Source of the DNA: Rhizodiscina lignyota
Lineage: Eukaryota
NCBI GenBank assembly: GCA_010015805.1
Contig: ML978134.1
Span: 186,001 to 250,000, forward strand
Direction: 5' to 3'
Length of the DNA: 64,000 nucleotides
Both the position numbers and the translations under genes were made by a program. Within the stretch, counting starts at the first letter, position 1; every line of letters begins with the position of its first letter. Under the pieces are notes generated by a model. The model did no database searches. It saw nothing but the letters and a program-made list of their open reading frames with translations, and was not told the origin of the DNA. Below are positions 48,371 to 60,724 of this stretch, in pieces.

Positions 48371-49740
48371 ATTTTAATCAAAACAGAAGCTCCAAAACCC
48401 TAATGTCCATGCGAGACGAAGGGTGGATTTGACTGAGAGAGAAGGCACCTCTTGTCTTGGTCGGCATAGAAACAAATATGAGCTCTATCGTGATAGAAAC
48501 TCCGAGAAGTTCGACCTCATGTACGATGAAAGAATGGCTTGACAATGAGATAGCGATCACGTTCGGGAAATTTGTGTTGTAGCAAGCGCCAACTCCACTG
48601 AGAGAGAAGTGTCAGTAGTTTGGAGTTCATGCATGATGGATGCTTGATTCGATCTGGAGAGAAGACCTGTGTTCCCTAAATTGATGTTGATACCAGCATT
48701 AGTTCAATTGGCACGGGAACGCTGAAAAGCTTACCCTCATACACGATGAAGGAATGACTTGACAGGTAGAGAAGAATCGCATTCGTTAAGTCAGCAGTGC
48801 TGCAACGCCAGTTTGGCCGAAGAGAAGATTCGGAGGTCAGAGTTCGTCTGTCGCGGAGGAGTGATTCAATGCAGAGAGAAGCATCGACCTCGTTAACTGA
48901 TGATGCGCCTAGCGTCGATTGGATTGGGGGAGAAGTCCTAATAGTTTGAAGTTCCTGCATGACGGAGGAGGGATTCAACGTAGAGAGAAGAGTCAAGCTC
49001 GGTAAATAGACGACCCAGTCAGCGACGATTCAACTGAAAGAGGAGACTCATAAGCACAAGGTGGTTATATCTGAAATTTGCGATTTGACTACTAAAGAAG
49101 ACTCGTGCTTGCAAGGTTGAGGCTGCGGCGGGCTTCGATTTGATTGAGCCCGGAGGCACAATGACTCGGCGTTCCCACAAGATTAAAGGCTGATTCAGTT
49201 AAGACAAAGCACTCTTTTGCAAATTTGAGGTTGCTGTGAGTATCAATTCTGTCGTGATAGGCGACTCACGCGCGTGAGATTGATGTAACCGCGAGGAGTA
49301 GTCCGATTGGGATAGAATACTGATAAGTGCGGGCCTGAGGGCAAGGGTAGCATCGATTCTATTGTAGTAGGTGACTCGCGCGCGCGAAGCTGGTGGCGCG
49401 GCGAGCAGTAGTTCAATTTGGATAGGAGACTGCTAAGGTCGAGGTTGAGGACGAGGTGAGCGTCGGTTTGATTGAGCTAGAAGCGCAGCAGCAGTAAAAT
49501 TAACGAAGCACGCACGAGCTCTTCGACCAAGACAGAAGACTGGAAGTGTCGAAGAGGACGTTACCATGAGCCTCAATTCAACAAAGAGAGAAGTCTTGAC
49601 TCTATACTGTCAGTGTAGCGGGGAGCGCTGACGCGATTGAGGCGGAAGATTCGGGGAGGCGGAGCTTACGTTCTGAGGACCAGGATTCGACGAAAAGAGA
49701 ATAACCTCGTGTGAATTGACATCGTAAAAGACGAGGTCTG
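48371..49740. repeat. Degenerate 55-bp periodic array, ~25 units, with 110-bp higher-order structure
   Basis: Motif like GATTCRAnnnnnnAGAAG recurs every 53-55 bp (48371, 48426, 48481 ... 49575, 49630, 49684). Confidence 0.85.
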
Positions 49741-50073
49741 GTAGACGGAGAGACGGAGTTTGTGCCAACTCTTATATAGTTCATGGCATTTGGCGCATCA
49801 AAAACAACACACTCTACAGCGACAGAAGACCCAACGATATAAGATCGACGCATTAGGAGCGATATATCTAACATCACGGAAGATTCGAAAGGTGCACAGT
49901 TCACGTATCAATTCAATTCGTTTGATTGAATTTTGAGGCTCTTTGAGCCTCCGAATAGTATATACAGAAAGCAAAAGTCATTGTTCATCGCTGGTATCCT
50001 GTACCAGCGTATGCATGCCACCGTACGCCACCCAATGCATGTGAGACACTGGTCGTCACTGCCGTACGTATGT

Positions 50074-51658
50074 TTAGAAAACGCCTCCGAGACCGGCGTG
50101 GTGGACGCGATGATGGTGGACGTGACGCCTGCGCTTCGTATCAGCGCCGGCGGTGACCGTGGTCGTCACGATATCCTCCTCAATGTACACCTCGTGCACT
50201 GCGCCTCCGCTTGTCCAGATCGACGTAGACACCGCATTCGGATCGCCGTCCTGGGCATCGCCCATGTCAGGGCTTGGCGTTGGCACTGGGGAAGGAACGT
50301 CTGCGGAAGCGACCTCGACATCAGAGTCGGCAGTTGGAGTAGCATGGGCGTAGCTAGATGGCGCCTCAGCAGCAGTGATGCCTCCGCCAGAGTTGTCGGT
50401 GTAGACAGAAGTGCCAATGGTGTAGCCAAGACTGTAAGAGACGCTCTCGCTTGAGTGAGTGGGCTCTGGATGGGCCGATCCAGTGGGCTCGACGGTCTGG
50501 CCAGGAGAAATGTTGGTTGCCTGTGCTGGTCCGCTCTGGATGGGAACGTTGCCACAAAGACCGTCGCTCGGGCCTTCACAGTCGTCATTCTTGATCTGAC
50601 TAGGCATTGGGAAGGTGCACTGCTGAGCGTCGTCATCGGACTGCAAGCTGAAGAGTGGGCAGTCAGAGATCTCGCCAGACAGATTGGTACAAGTGTTAAC
50701 GGCCTTCTGGAGGAAGTCGACATCCCAACCGGTCATGAAATCACCGTGATAGCCGCAGCCTGTATACAACATCAGTTAATCCGTTTTGGGAAAGGAGGTC
50801 AAGTGGAATCACGTGGTAGCAGCAGTAAGAGGGAAGTGTGGGGCCCAAAGACTTACCAGTCGGATCTCCATTTGAGAGCACGAATTGTCCATCCTCGCCT
50901 TTGAAAGCATAGGTGTTCCAGATAGTCTCGAAGAAGAGCGATGGGGTGCGGGTCGTGAAGCCTTCGGGACAGTCTCCAGTCATGACGAGATCGGGGTAAG
51001 CCATGTGAGACTTGTGATCCTTTGAGTCGACATCATGGCCATTCCAGCAAGAAGGGAACATAAGCTCGAGGCGCACACCGTCGGTGCAATTGGCGTCAAG
51101 GTAGTCCTTGCTTGGCATGAAGTGACGATACAAGCTTGGCTCAGGCTGTACGGCGTAGTTGAGGCAGTTGAAGCCGAGAGCCTTCTGACCGAGCGAGAAT
51201 TGAGTCTTGTCCGAAGCAGTCCAGAGAGACTTGGGAGTATCAGGAATGGGACCGCTGAAGTTGCGAAGATTCTTGTTGCCAGCAAGAAGGCGGAAGTTCT
51301 TTGGGAAAGCCTGGATGTTGTCACCGTAGAGCAAGTAGTACGCAAGCATGCCTCCGATCTGGGGGACGATGACAGTGGTGCCGTTGGTGTACATGAAGTG
51401 AACCGATGGAGTCCAGTAGGCGCTCTTGTCCTCGTACACGCCACAAGAAGTGCAGTTCGAATCCATGAGGTCGTCGTAGCTAGTAGTGAAGCCGAAGTTG
51501 CCACCGCCGTGGATCGCGTGGCTGTGATCAGAGACCTCACCGGGATCCATGAGAGGATCGAGACGACCAAGGCCAGTGCGAAAGTGGCATGGCATGCGCC
51601 AGAAGGCGTCGGCGCTGCTGAAGAGCAGGACAACGGCCAGAAGGTTGATGAGCTCCAT
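50074..51658 (-). CDS. Secreted DUF1996 domain protein
   Basis: Signal peptide; RLDPLMDPG..SDHSHAIHGG, DKSAYWTP, FPSCWNG, SNGDPTG|CGYHGDFMTGW across intron 50760-50856; Ser/Thr-rich tail. Confidence 0.92.
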
Positions 51659-53593
51659 CCTCCTAAGTGAAGTAGTAAGACCGTAACAAGTAAGAATGCA
51701 AATTATAGATATTTGTACACAGAATGTAGCAGCTCGCGGAGCGCAGATATGTTCAGATGGCTTGAAATGATCGTTTCTCTATCGAGATGGGTCGAACCAG
51801 TCGCGATGTTGTGTGCGTAGAAAAAGAGTGGAGGTGAGAGAAGGTTGTTGTGTTGATGTTGAGTTGCGAACTTAAATTTGAGTCGCGCTTCGAGAGGTCA
51901 CGCGCTAGCGCTTCGGTTGGCCAGGCGGCAGGTGTTGCAATCCGTGGATAGCCGATAATGAGCTCGTTTCTGGTGTTTGGAAAGTTTGCGCGATGAGTGA
52001 TTTCCGATCTCGGACAGTGTTTCTCGTCCTCCGGGAACAAGTTTCGAAACGACACCCGCAAACGCTTGAGCGAAGGAGTTGGCTGAAAGAGGCGATGTCT
52101 TCGGACACGACCTCTGCAGGCTTGAAAGGAGTGAACGACGTGATGGCACGTCCAAAGGAGCGGCACGCGTGATGCGGGGAACGTGGTCGAAGTAAGGGAG
52201 CGTAGGGGAGCACTCGATAAAGGAACGACGAATGCTTCGGGCGAACGAAGGTGAAGGTGGTGAAGAAGGACGACGAGGCAAGGAGGGGGGCAGCCAAGAA
52301 ATGAGGTCTGCCTCGCCGCCGCGTGATTCCCCAGCTCGGCCCTCTCCTGCTCATCTGACGCTCCTTCCCACTTTCACTGTGGTGGTGCCAAGGCGCATCC
52401 TTAATTCCCCACTGACACGTGGGCTAGCCTGCAGCGGGCCTAGCGCATCCAGCTTTGCGGCAGGAACGGGAAGGGAGCGGCCAATGGCGCGGCACATGAA
52501 ACAAGCCGGCCCCACCTATCAAAAGCTTGATCGGCGCCGCTGCCACCTGTTTCGCTAGCTTCCGCGCCCCACCTTCCCTGCCAAAATAGCCGAAGAGCCT
52601 CAATCAAGGCCAGAATCCATGTTCAACAGGCATCTACGAAAAATTCGCCGGTGTGGCGTATTGGAAGAGTTGTGGAGCGCCACTGGAGGCAGCGATAGCA
52701 AAGACGACTTTCAGCACTTCCTTTGTCGTGCACATCCTCAATTGAAGTGTGCGCTCAACGCGCCGAAGATTGCTCGACCTTTGTCCTCCGTATCTGTCCT
52801 GTCCCACGTCTGGAGATTGTTCGCGCCCCAGGACGCCGCCGCGCGGCCTTAGCCGATCCTTCACTTAGGTTGTGCTTGTGCTTGCGCAACGTCCAAATTT
52901 ATCGCATCCCAATTTCACTCGGCCCCTTTGACGTAGGATTCGCGGAAGGATTGCAATCTCAGGGACTTCAACTCCAACCTTCCTTTTCCTTTCAGGACTG
53001 AGTGACTTCCAGAAGCGTTCAGCATCCCCTTCGGCTCGAAATTGCATTGCGACTGATCGACATAGGTACGCCATCCTAACGAGCTCACGGATCTGCCTGC
53101 AAACTTTCGACCGCAACAATAAGCCAAATGCCGAATAGACTTCTAAGCGACATGGATATTACTCGTGCTGGGAGGCACTGCGATAAGGATGGCGCAGGAC
53201 ACTCAAGAACAGTTTACGGAACTTTTGACTCTGATCGAGCTTCACTATTGGGAAGCTCAGCCAATTGACTATTTACTTCGATAGGGAGCTTGTCCAAATC
53301 GTTATTATTTAGCGATTTACCAATGTTAGCTTGATGTTGCAACTGCTCTCTTAATGTACAGACCAAATCGGCATGACTCGTCAGACATAGCCAAATAGCT
53401 CCTGCAGCTGTTGCGTAGTTGTTGAGTCGAGTTTGAACAAGTAATCGAGCCGGAGCGCAGCTGCAGCGTTTCAAAGCAAGCCGGTCTTACGTATAATAAC
53501 GAGCGAGAGCATATCACAAAGGCTTGATGATATATGCTTCGGACATCTTTAGTCGTGCTCTGTATTGGCCAAAGCGGTTTGGACTTCTCCCTC

Positions 53594-54933
53594 TCAGCTC
53601 TCCTTTACCGCCTCTCTGAGCAATGGCGCAACTCTCTTTCGGCTATGCTCCACTTTCCGCTGCCACCAAACCCTCCTCCACTCTTTGCTGTTCTCCTCGT
53701 CCATCCCGCCATCAACCTTCCACTCTTCCAGGCCGAGTCCGTCTGCTGAGGTCTTCTGAAACTTCTTCGCTGCATCCACGACATCCTTGTCCAAGGCCCA
53801 GATCATCAATTCTCGCCTGAAATTGCCATCATCGTCCGTGAAGGTCGTCATGAGCCCGAAAATGTCGAGGTCTCTCTCTTTGGCATACTTCCTCATCCTC
53901 TCCAATAGCGCCGTCTGTCCATCCTCATCCTTCGCTTCCGAGTCAGCTTTCTTCTTCATCCACGTAATGGGCTTGACCACACAACTGATCCCAATCTTCT
54001 CCTTCTTTTCGGTCCACTCTTTATAATCCTTCCTCAAAATGTCCGAAATACTCAAGCTTTCCAGATTTTTCTTCGCTTTGTCAATCTCGTCGTAGAATTT
54101 GTGTCTGTCGAACTGGTCTCCATCACCCGCAGCATGGATTTTCTCCAATAGATATTCAACAGCCTTCTGGTCATCGTCTGTTACTTTTCCCTCGTCCTCT
54201 AAATCTCTTGTATCGATCAGGATGCTCCCCATTGCCAGCTTTGCGAGTTGCGCATCCCACTCCCGCACTTCGTTCTGCGCTCCTCTCGATAACTTATCCC
54301 AATCATCTTGCAGGTATCGCACGACCAAGCTCGTACAACTCCCCGTCTTCTCGATCACCCTCGGCTCCCCGAATCTCTTCTCTGCGTCCTTCGGTACCTT
54401 GCCCTCGTCCACGTGGTGGTCAACGCACCCCACAACATTATCGCTGTATACCTCTCCCAACCTCCCAGACAGCGCGTTATGGTCCACTAGCACCCAATGT
54501 GTGGTTTTCGGCTTGAGTAATTTTTTGCCGGGCGGGATGTCGTCAAGGCAGGGGAGCTCGATGGGCTTGACGCCAGCATACTTGAGGAGGGCTGTGAATT
54601 CGGGGCGCACGGAGAGGTCGTGTCTAGGGATGGCGACGATAGGAACGTACATGGAGCCGAAAGAGTTCTTAGGAGGCGCGCAGCTACGGATGTAGGCATA
54701 CACCAGGGCGGAGGTCATGGAGTCGAGGTCTAATGAAACTATTAGCGTTCATGCACAGATACTAGTCGCGATGCCAGTGGATTAAGTGATGTACCTGCTG
54801 ATTCGTTGCCCGTGACGATCGTCACTGGTTCGTGTTCTTTGATCGCATAGTGTAGAGCTTCAGCATGTGCGGTGAGTAGGAAGTCGCGAATGGAGAGACG
54901 TTTTAAATGGGGAGTTAGTGAAGATGAAGACAT
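53594..54933 (-). CDS. PPX1: Exopolyphosphatase (DHH family)
   Basis: GNESA|DLDS across intron 54730-54794, LVDHN, VDHH, GSCTSLV, LRKDYKEW, SRKRVAPL. Confidence 0.92.
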
Positions 54934-55558
54934 GTTTCTTCTGCTCTGGGGAGAATAAAATGACTTGAGTCTGGCGAAAGCAAGACGCGAGAAGGCGAAG
55001 TGGAATACAAGAAACGACGAGGACAAACAGATAAGGCAGCCTTTGAGAGAGGAACAAACTCTTGTATGTGATAAATGCTAGACACATTCATGTGATCAAG
55101 CTGTCGTTACGAGGGACATATGCTTAAGTATCCAAAGCCGTCGAGGTCTCGATTTTCTTGGACGTGACATCAATACGCGGGGCACAGCACTTTCGCTGCC
55201 CCTTTTCTGCTCGACGTCGGGAGTGTCGGGGGACAGAAAAGTTGCGCTAAACGATAACACCCAAAATCTTGGGCTTTATTCCAGCGCCAGCTATTTCGTG
55301 TAATCTAGCTCCTAAACAGGAAAAGTTGGAAAATCTTCGAATCCTGAAATCATAATGACCTCGATGTTAACCTCGAAGTTAACCAAGTTGCATCGATGCA
55401 GAATGTCTTCGTTTCAACAGATCGATGTCATCAAAGTACAAGTCAACTTTTCGTCATCCTCAAGATTGTTTCCATCATTTCCTACCCCATATGATCTTCG
55501 AGGACTGTATGTCCATGTCTGCTCATGAATCCCAACTGGTTCTGTGCAATATGACAAC

Positions 55559-57028
55559 TCAGCCTTTCAACTTCGCTTGAGACACCCGCCACTCCTTGCA
55601 TGTCCGACATTGACATGTCTCCCAGTTATCGTGAACCCGTTTGAAATCGTCCTGTAGTTTCTCATGGTAAGAGGATGAGTGCCACGTGAAGCCCCCTTTC
55701 ATCTTGTGCTGAAACAATTGACCAATCCTGCCCTCTTCGTTTGCATCCGCCTGCCACTCCCTGAACTGCTCGTTGTCAAGTGCTTGAGAGCGAAAGAAGC
55801 ATAAGCCAAAGTCAGTCATGACAGTCTGCCATTCCATAGTGACCGGATCTTTGCGCAGAAAACAGTGTCGGAAATTGACGTCTCTGTTGCAGACTCCTCG
55901 ATCTCTGATAAGACCAATAACACGCACAGCGTCATCGCCAATAGCCTGCCAATCCGCTTGCGGAACCAAGGTATGGTCCTCCTCCAAATCCCCCATTGTG
56001 AGACCTTCGATATATTCCATAAGGATTCCTGGAATTTCGAGAAAGCTCTTTCCACCTCGCGGATTAGGATCGATGCCTTCGTTTAACGGAGTTGAGCGAA
56101 AGCCTTCGGCCTGCAACTCTCTAGGTTCTTCCTCGATGTGCTTGGCCTCCTCGACGGGCATTTCTTTCTCAACGTGCTTGTTCTCCTCGGCGAACTTCTC
56201 CTCCTTAACGAGCTTCTCTTCCTCGACGGGCTTCTCTTCCTCAACCGGCGTCTCCTCAATCGGCTTCTCCTCTTTATTCATTCCAGGACGGCGTCCTTCG
56301 GGACCGATGGTGTCCAGCAAAGGGTCAGCTCGTAACACTGACAGAGCATGCTCCTCCTGGACAAGGATAGGGCCGACTGTGTCCAGCAAAGTGCCAGTTT
56401 GTAATATTGGCAGCACGTGCAGTTGTGGGACAAGGACAGGCGCGATTATATCCGACAATGGGTGAGTTCGTAACACTGGCAGAGCATAGACCCGTGGGAC
56501 ACCCTTCCCTTGGATGTCGCAGAGCTGCTCGTACGCTTTCTTTTCGACGTTGTACGTTCTGCAAGAAAGATATTGCAGGAAAGCCTCGCGCTGTCCGCGG
56601 TTCCATTCTGCTTCTTTACCATCGTCATAACCTTCCCATTCCATTGGATGCTCCTCTCGAAATAGAGAAGCTAGAGTCGCCCACATCTTCGCTGCTTCGC
56701 CATTGAAGACCGAATCAGTGTACTCAGTTTCGATCTCGGAATCCCAAAGCTGAGCGTCATTTTCTTGTCGAAGTTGACATGCAAAACGTCGATCATAAAG
56801 CTTCAGGATGAAGCGTCCTTGGAGAGAAGGACAATCGAGGCTAACAAGCAACGTGCAGGATAGTGTGAAAGGCTCAAAAACCTTGATGATGGTGGCATTT
56901 GCCTGGCGTTCCGCATCTAACTGCAGCAGTAGGATGTTTCCTGCCACGTATGGGCACCTGCAATTAATCAGCATATCTTTGCTTCGTGTGATGAGCTGTA
57001 AAGCATACTGGGCCTCAGCAGACGCCAT
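55559..57028 (-). CDS. Fungal protein-kinase-like protein with repeat insertion
   Basis: FILKLYDRRF, EKKAYEQL..IQGKGVP, GILMEYIEG, GVCNRDV, VMTDFGL; intronless. Confidence 0.8.
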   Translation of the reverse strand: MASAEAQYALQLITRSKDMLINCRCPYVAGNILLLQLDAERQANATIIKVFEPFTLSCTLLVSLDCPSLQGRFILKLYDRRFACQLRQENDAQLWDSEIETEYTDSVFNGEAAKMWATLASLFREEHPMEWEGYDDGKEAEWNRGQREAFLQYLSCRTYNVEKKAYEQLCDIQGKGVPRVYALPVLRTHPLSDIIAPVLVPQLHVLPILQTGTLLDTVGPILVQEEHALSVLRADPLLDTIGPEGRRPGMNKEEKPIEETPVEEEKPVEEEKLVKEEKFAEENKHVEKEMPVEEAKHIEEEPRELQAEGFRSTPLNEGIDPNPRGGKSFLEIPGILMEYIEGLTMGDLEEDHTLVPQADWQAIGDDAVRVIGLIRDRGVCNRDVNFRHCFLRKDPVTMEWQTVMTDFGLCFFRSQALDNEQFREWQADANEEGRIGQLFQHKMKGGFTWHSSSYHEKLQDDFKRVHDNWETCQCRTCKEWRVSQAKLKG

Positions 57029-57653
57029 TTCGGCAAGGTGCTCGTGGTTGTTAGTAGATAGGTTGTTGCTTTGCGATGGATAAGGAATGGAAAGATTTTT
57101 AAAGGTGTGCCAGAGTGTTCAGATATGGCACCAACACTGCTTGGTGTTAAAAGCTGGGTCAGAGATTTCATTTCTGTTGGCATTATTGTGACGACAGAAG
57201 GTGAAGTTTCCATCTTCAAGCAAACATGAATTGGACAGCAGGGACGGGTGGAGCATTTGAGGCAAGCGCACCGGCGTGCGCAAATTCCGACAGTTAGAGT
57301 AGAGTAGCATAACCGAAGATATCCCGCGAAAGGGGCTTTTATATATTTCATAACGTTCATTCAGCAAACACCAGCTTCATCAGCAAGAGCAGCTCCGCGT
57401 GTTAAGCTTGCATTCGATTAATCACGAGATCTGCTCAACACGATTGCATGGACTTGGCCAATTTTCATTCAGTGTCTCTCATTGTTCCCTAAGATCTCCT
57501 GGGTGTCTATATCCAATCCCTGTATGCCAGTCTCAAAAGGATCTCCATCCGAGTGGACCCTATTTCCTATCAATCACCCCTCAACCAGTTTGCTCATCGC
57601 ATGTTCCCATGCCGATCTATTCAAGCCTTCAATCGACCAAAGTTGAAGCATCT

Positions 57654-57983
57654 TCAAGGAAGATCCGCCCTGAGTTGAGAGATCACGGTTTTAGAGTCAG
57701 GCGGGCCCGCTCCCGGGATGGTGAACTCAGGGATGCCTTCGCCGCCGAGGACTCGCACATGGTACTTTCCGTCGGTGCCGAGCATCGTCTCCAAACGGAA
57801 TCGGCGCTTAGTAGTTGCCTTGGAGTCGCCGTAGGCCTCGTTCCAGGTGCCCTGAGGGTCCCAGAGGCAGGTGAGGTTGTCGGGGTTGATGGCGTTCACG
57901 TATTCTTTGACTGTAGACTTGCCCTATATCACAGAGGTAAGTACTAATCCTTGGCTACATTGCAGGCGCTTTTGGCATACCAT
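57654..57983 (-). CDS. Small 90-aa orphan protein; first coding exon is only the ATG
   Basis: CAAAATG|GTATGC..TAG (intron 57924-57980) then GKSTVKEYVNAINPDNL...; TATAAAT at 58114-58120; many C-ending codons. Confidence 0.7.
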
Positions 57984-59813
57984 TTTGAAGGTATGTGGGT
58001 GTTAGAAACTGATAGGGTAGTTTTCCCTTGCTAGGTTTGACTCGACTTGTAGTTGTGGTTATAGTCGTAGACTGTGCTGACGAAGAAGTCTAATAGCATC
58101 TAGGAGGAGGGATATTTATACTCTTCCATGGTGTCATAATCAAGGCGCGTCTCTAGACTTCGGCGGCGCTAGAGGTGTAGTTCTTGTGAATTCGATCGTG
58201 GTACGTGACATTGCTTTCCCGAGAATAACACATTGACGGCCAATGATAGCTAGACGCCATCGCTATTCAAGAGTTTCGCGATTATGGTTTGCTAGTACGA
58301 TTCCGCCGACTTCACACCTGACCCCGTGCATCGCGTATTAGCCTCAACACTCGCCCAACTCCAAATTATTGTGCTCTTATCCAAGGTTATTCACTTAGGT
58401 ACCACACTTGCAGCAGGCAACGGTGACCTCTCGTGACGCCTGCTAGTCTGCATGATATTATTCACGGTGTTGCAATCGCAGCCGTACGCCCAGTCTTCGG
58501 TGTCGTTAGACACGTGCTGAATGTGATAGGCAATCTCACTTTCCGAAAGTCTAAGTAACACATTAACTGTTACTAATAGCTAGGCGCCATTGGGCTCAAG
58601 GGAGTTTACCAATTACGGTTTGTTCGTACGCTCCGGTCGGCGTTACACCTGTTCATGCGTGATGTTCCCACGATCGACAATTGAGAGACCGAGCGTCAGT
58701 CCACTTGGCCAAAGGTCCCCAGTCATTGCTGCATGCGCCCAGTCCCACTGTCGACAATCTCAGATCTCTAAATCAAGACCACCACGAAATACGGACAGGC
58801 AGTCTTCGTTTCCGAAATTCACTATATCTGCTACACGCACTTTCAGCGAGCGGTGGAACAGCGTCTCGAGGAGCAATCCTTAAAGATGCTAGCATATTAC
58901 CTGTGGGAGAAAGAGCAGCAGCTGGTATACATGCGGATGCCGGCTATCGTTAAGGCGAAGCTCAGGGAGCTCGCTCAAGCGGCGGAGAATGAAGGGCTTG
59001 TTTGATATGAGCTTCGCCTTATTCGATGGTCGGGTACCATTCAAGCTCCTGTTCCAGCTTCTCGCCCTCTCCCAGGGAATATGCCTAGCATCTTGAGGGA
59101 TTGTCCCTCGAGACATTGTCCCTCGAGGCAACTGTTCTCCCTTAGCTCGCTTAAAGTACGTATAGCGGATATGGTGAGGCTCGGAGGTTTAGATAGTACT
59201 AATTCCCAAATACAAGCACAAAAGCATGTATCAATGCAAAGAGATAACATATAAAGCATACGCAATGAGCCTTTCAGTGATACTCTTGTTTATACCGAAG
59301 AGAAATACTCGTTCCTGTTACACGTGCTCGACCTTATCGGCCTTAATTAATATTATCACTCTTAGTTCTCTTCTCTGCCTTCTGTACGGGTAAAGGCGCT
59401 GGTAGAGCTCTCGTCGTCCCGCGTATCTCCCGTATCTTCTCTTTCGATAGCATCGGCGAGCTGCTTGGTTCTCTGAAGCCAGAATTAGCGGAGGCATCAA
59501 CAGAAACTGCGACCGAGCCCAACTCACCTCACTCCCTCGTCCTCAGTCATATCACGGCTGAAAGATGGGGTTGAACAGGCTGAAATCCCTAACTGGACAT
59601 GCCTTAGTGCGTCCCATGATCAAAATATGGTGTATTGCAGTGAGTTCAAGAACCAAATATGGAAATTCCTGAATAATTGTACACAACGCGTACAAAGCCG
59701 CAGTCTTAGCTCATCAGATGCATTCATAAATAGATAAAGAACCACCTTCTGCCCAAAGCCAATGAAGGTGCCATTCCCATTCGAGCTCTACAAACTGTCT
59801 TTTCAGATCCACT

Positions 59814-60724
59814 CTATTTCAGGAAACTTCCATTCGTCTTGGCAAGGATGTCGTCGTAGTACGGCTGGAAAGCCAACCATCCCTTGTGTGGCGGGCCGAC
59901 CTGTTCATAGCTGTACGCTGCCTCCTCATCGCCGATGAAGACCTTCTTCCTTCCGCTACCAGCAGCCGCCGCATCAGCAAGGAGCTGAGCATGGCAAGTC
60001 TTATCCATGCTGATGAACCAGAATGCTGCCTCATCAACGCTCTCGCCGACCTGAAAGGTATTGTCAGTATATTCAACAGGCTCTCTGCAGATGTTTTACT
60101 TACGGTCAGCAGTCCGTGGTTCATCAGGATCGCAGCCTTGCCGTTGCCAAGAGCCTTTGCGATCCTCTTGCCCTCCTCCCTATCAAAGACGACGCCGCCA
60201 AAGTTGTCGTACACGGCGTGGCTCTTGTAGAAGCGGAGAGAATCTTGCGTGATCATCTCGAGCTCCTGGCCAAATGCACTCCAGGCCTTGCCGTAGACGC
60301 TGTGAGCGTGGCATGCAGCATGAACGTCTGGCCTCGCCTTGTGAATCTCTGAATGAATGGCGAAAGCAGCTCCATTGATGGGATATTCGCCAATCACGAC
60401 TTCGCCGTCCTCGTTAACCAGTTCCAGATCCGAGACTGAGATTTGCGAGAAATGCATGCTAAGGGGGTTCAACCAGAAATGGTCCTCCAAAATTGGGTCA
60501 CGAACGGAGATGTGACCAGCAACTCCCTCATCGAAGCCCCGTTCGGCGAAGATCCTGAAGGCGGCAGCAAGATGCTGCTTCCGGTAGAGGCGCTCTTCCT
60601 CGAGCGAGTCGAACTTGGGGTAGGTCTTAATCTTAAGCTGCTTCCCGGAAGTCGTCTTTCCCATAGCTCCCATCTTCCTGTTGTCGTCGGTCTCATTGAG
60701 GGTTACTGTTGCGATTGGCGCCAT
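59814..60724 (-). CDS. Class II aldolase/adducin domain protein
   Basis: EGVAGHISVRDP, AFAIHSEIHKARPDV..ACHAHS, NHGLLT|VG across intron 60051-60103. Confidence 0.93.

Noticed and set aside
48378..48996. Short minus-strand ORFs sharing LSSHSFIV as real genes, or the array as an intron/microexon ladder
   Set aside because: The similarity follows from the DNA periodicity, frames rotate between units, and there are no consistent GT/AG positions per unit
48371..49740. Calling the 55-bp array a CRISPR
   Set aside because: Cores are degenerate and not palindromic, linkers are related to each other, no cas genes are present and the host is a fungus
51750..53520. Several 60-150 aa ORFs upstream of DUF1996
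   Set aside because: Low-complexity promoter/UTR-like sequence with no motifs
58590..59530. Possible gene or transposon relic with a short direct repeat (ttgtccctcgag x2 near 59101-59128)
   Set aside because: No recognisable protein motif, terminal repeats or coherent exon structure
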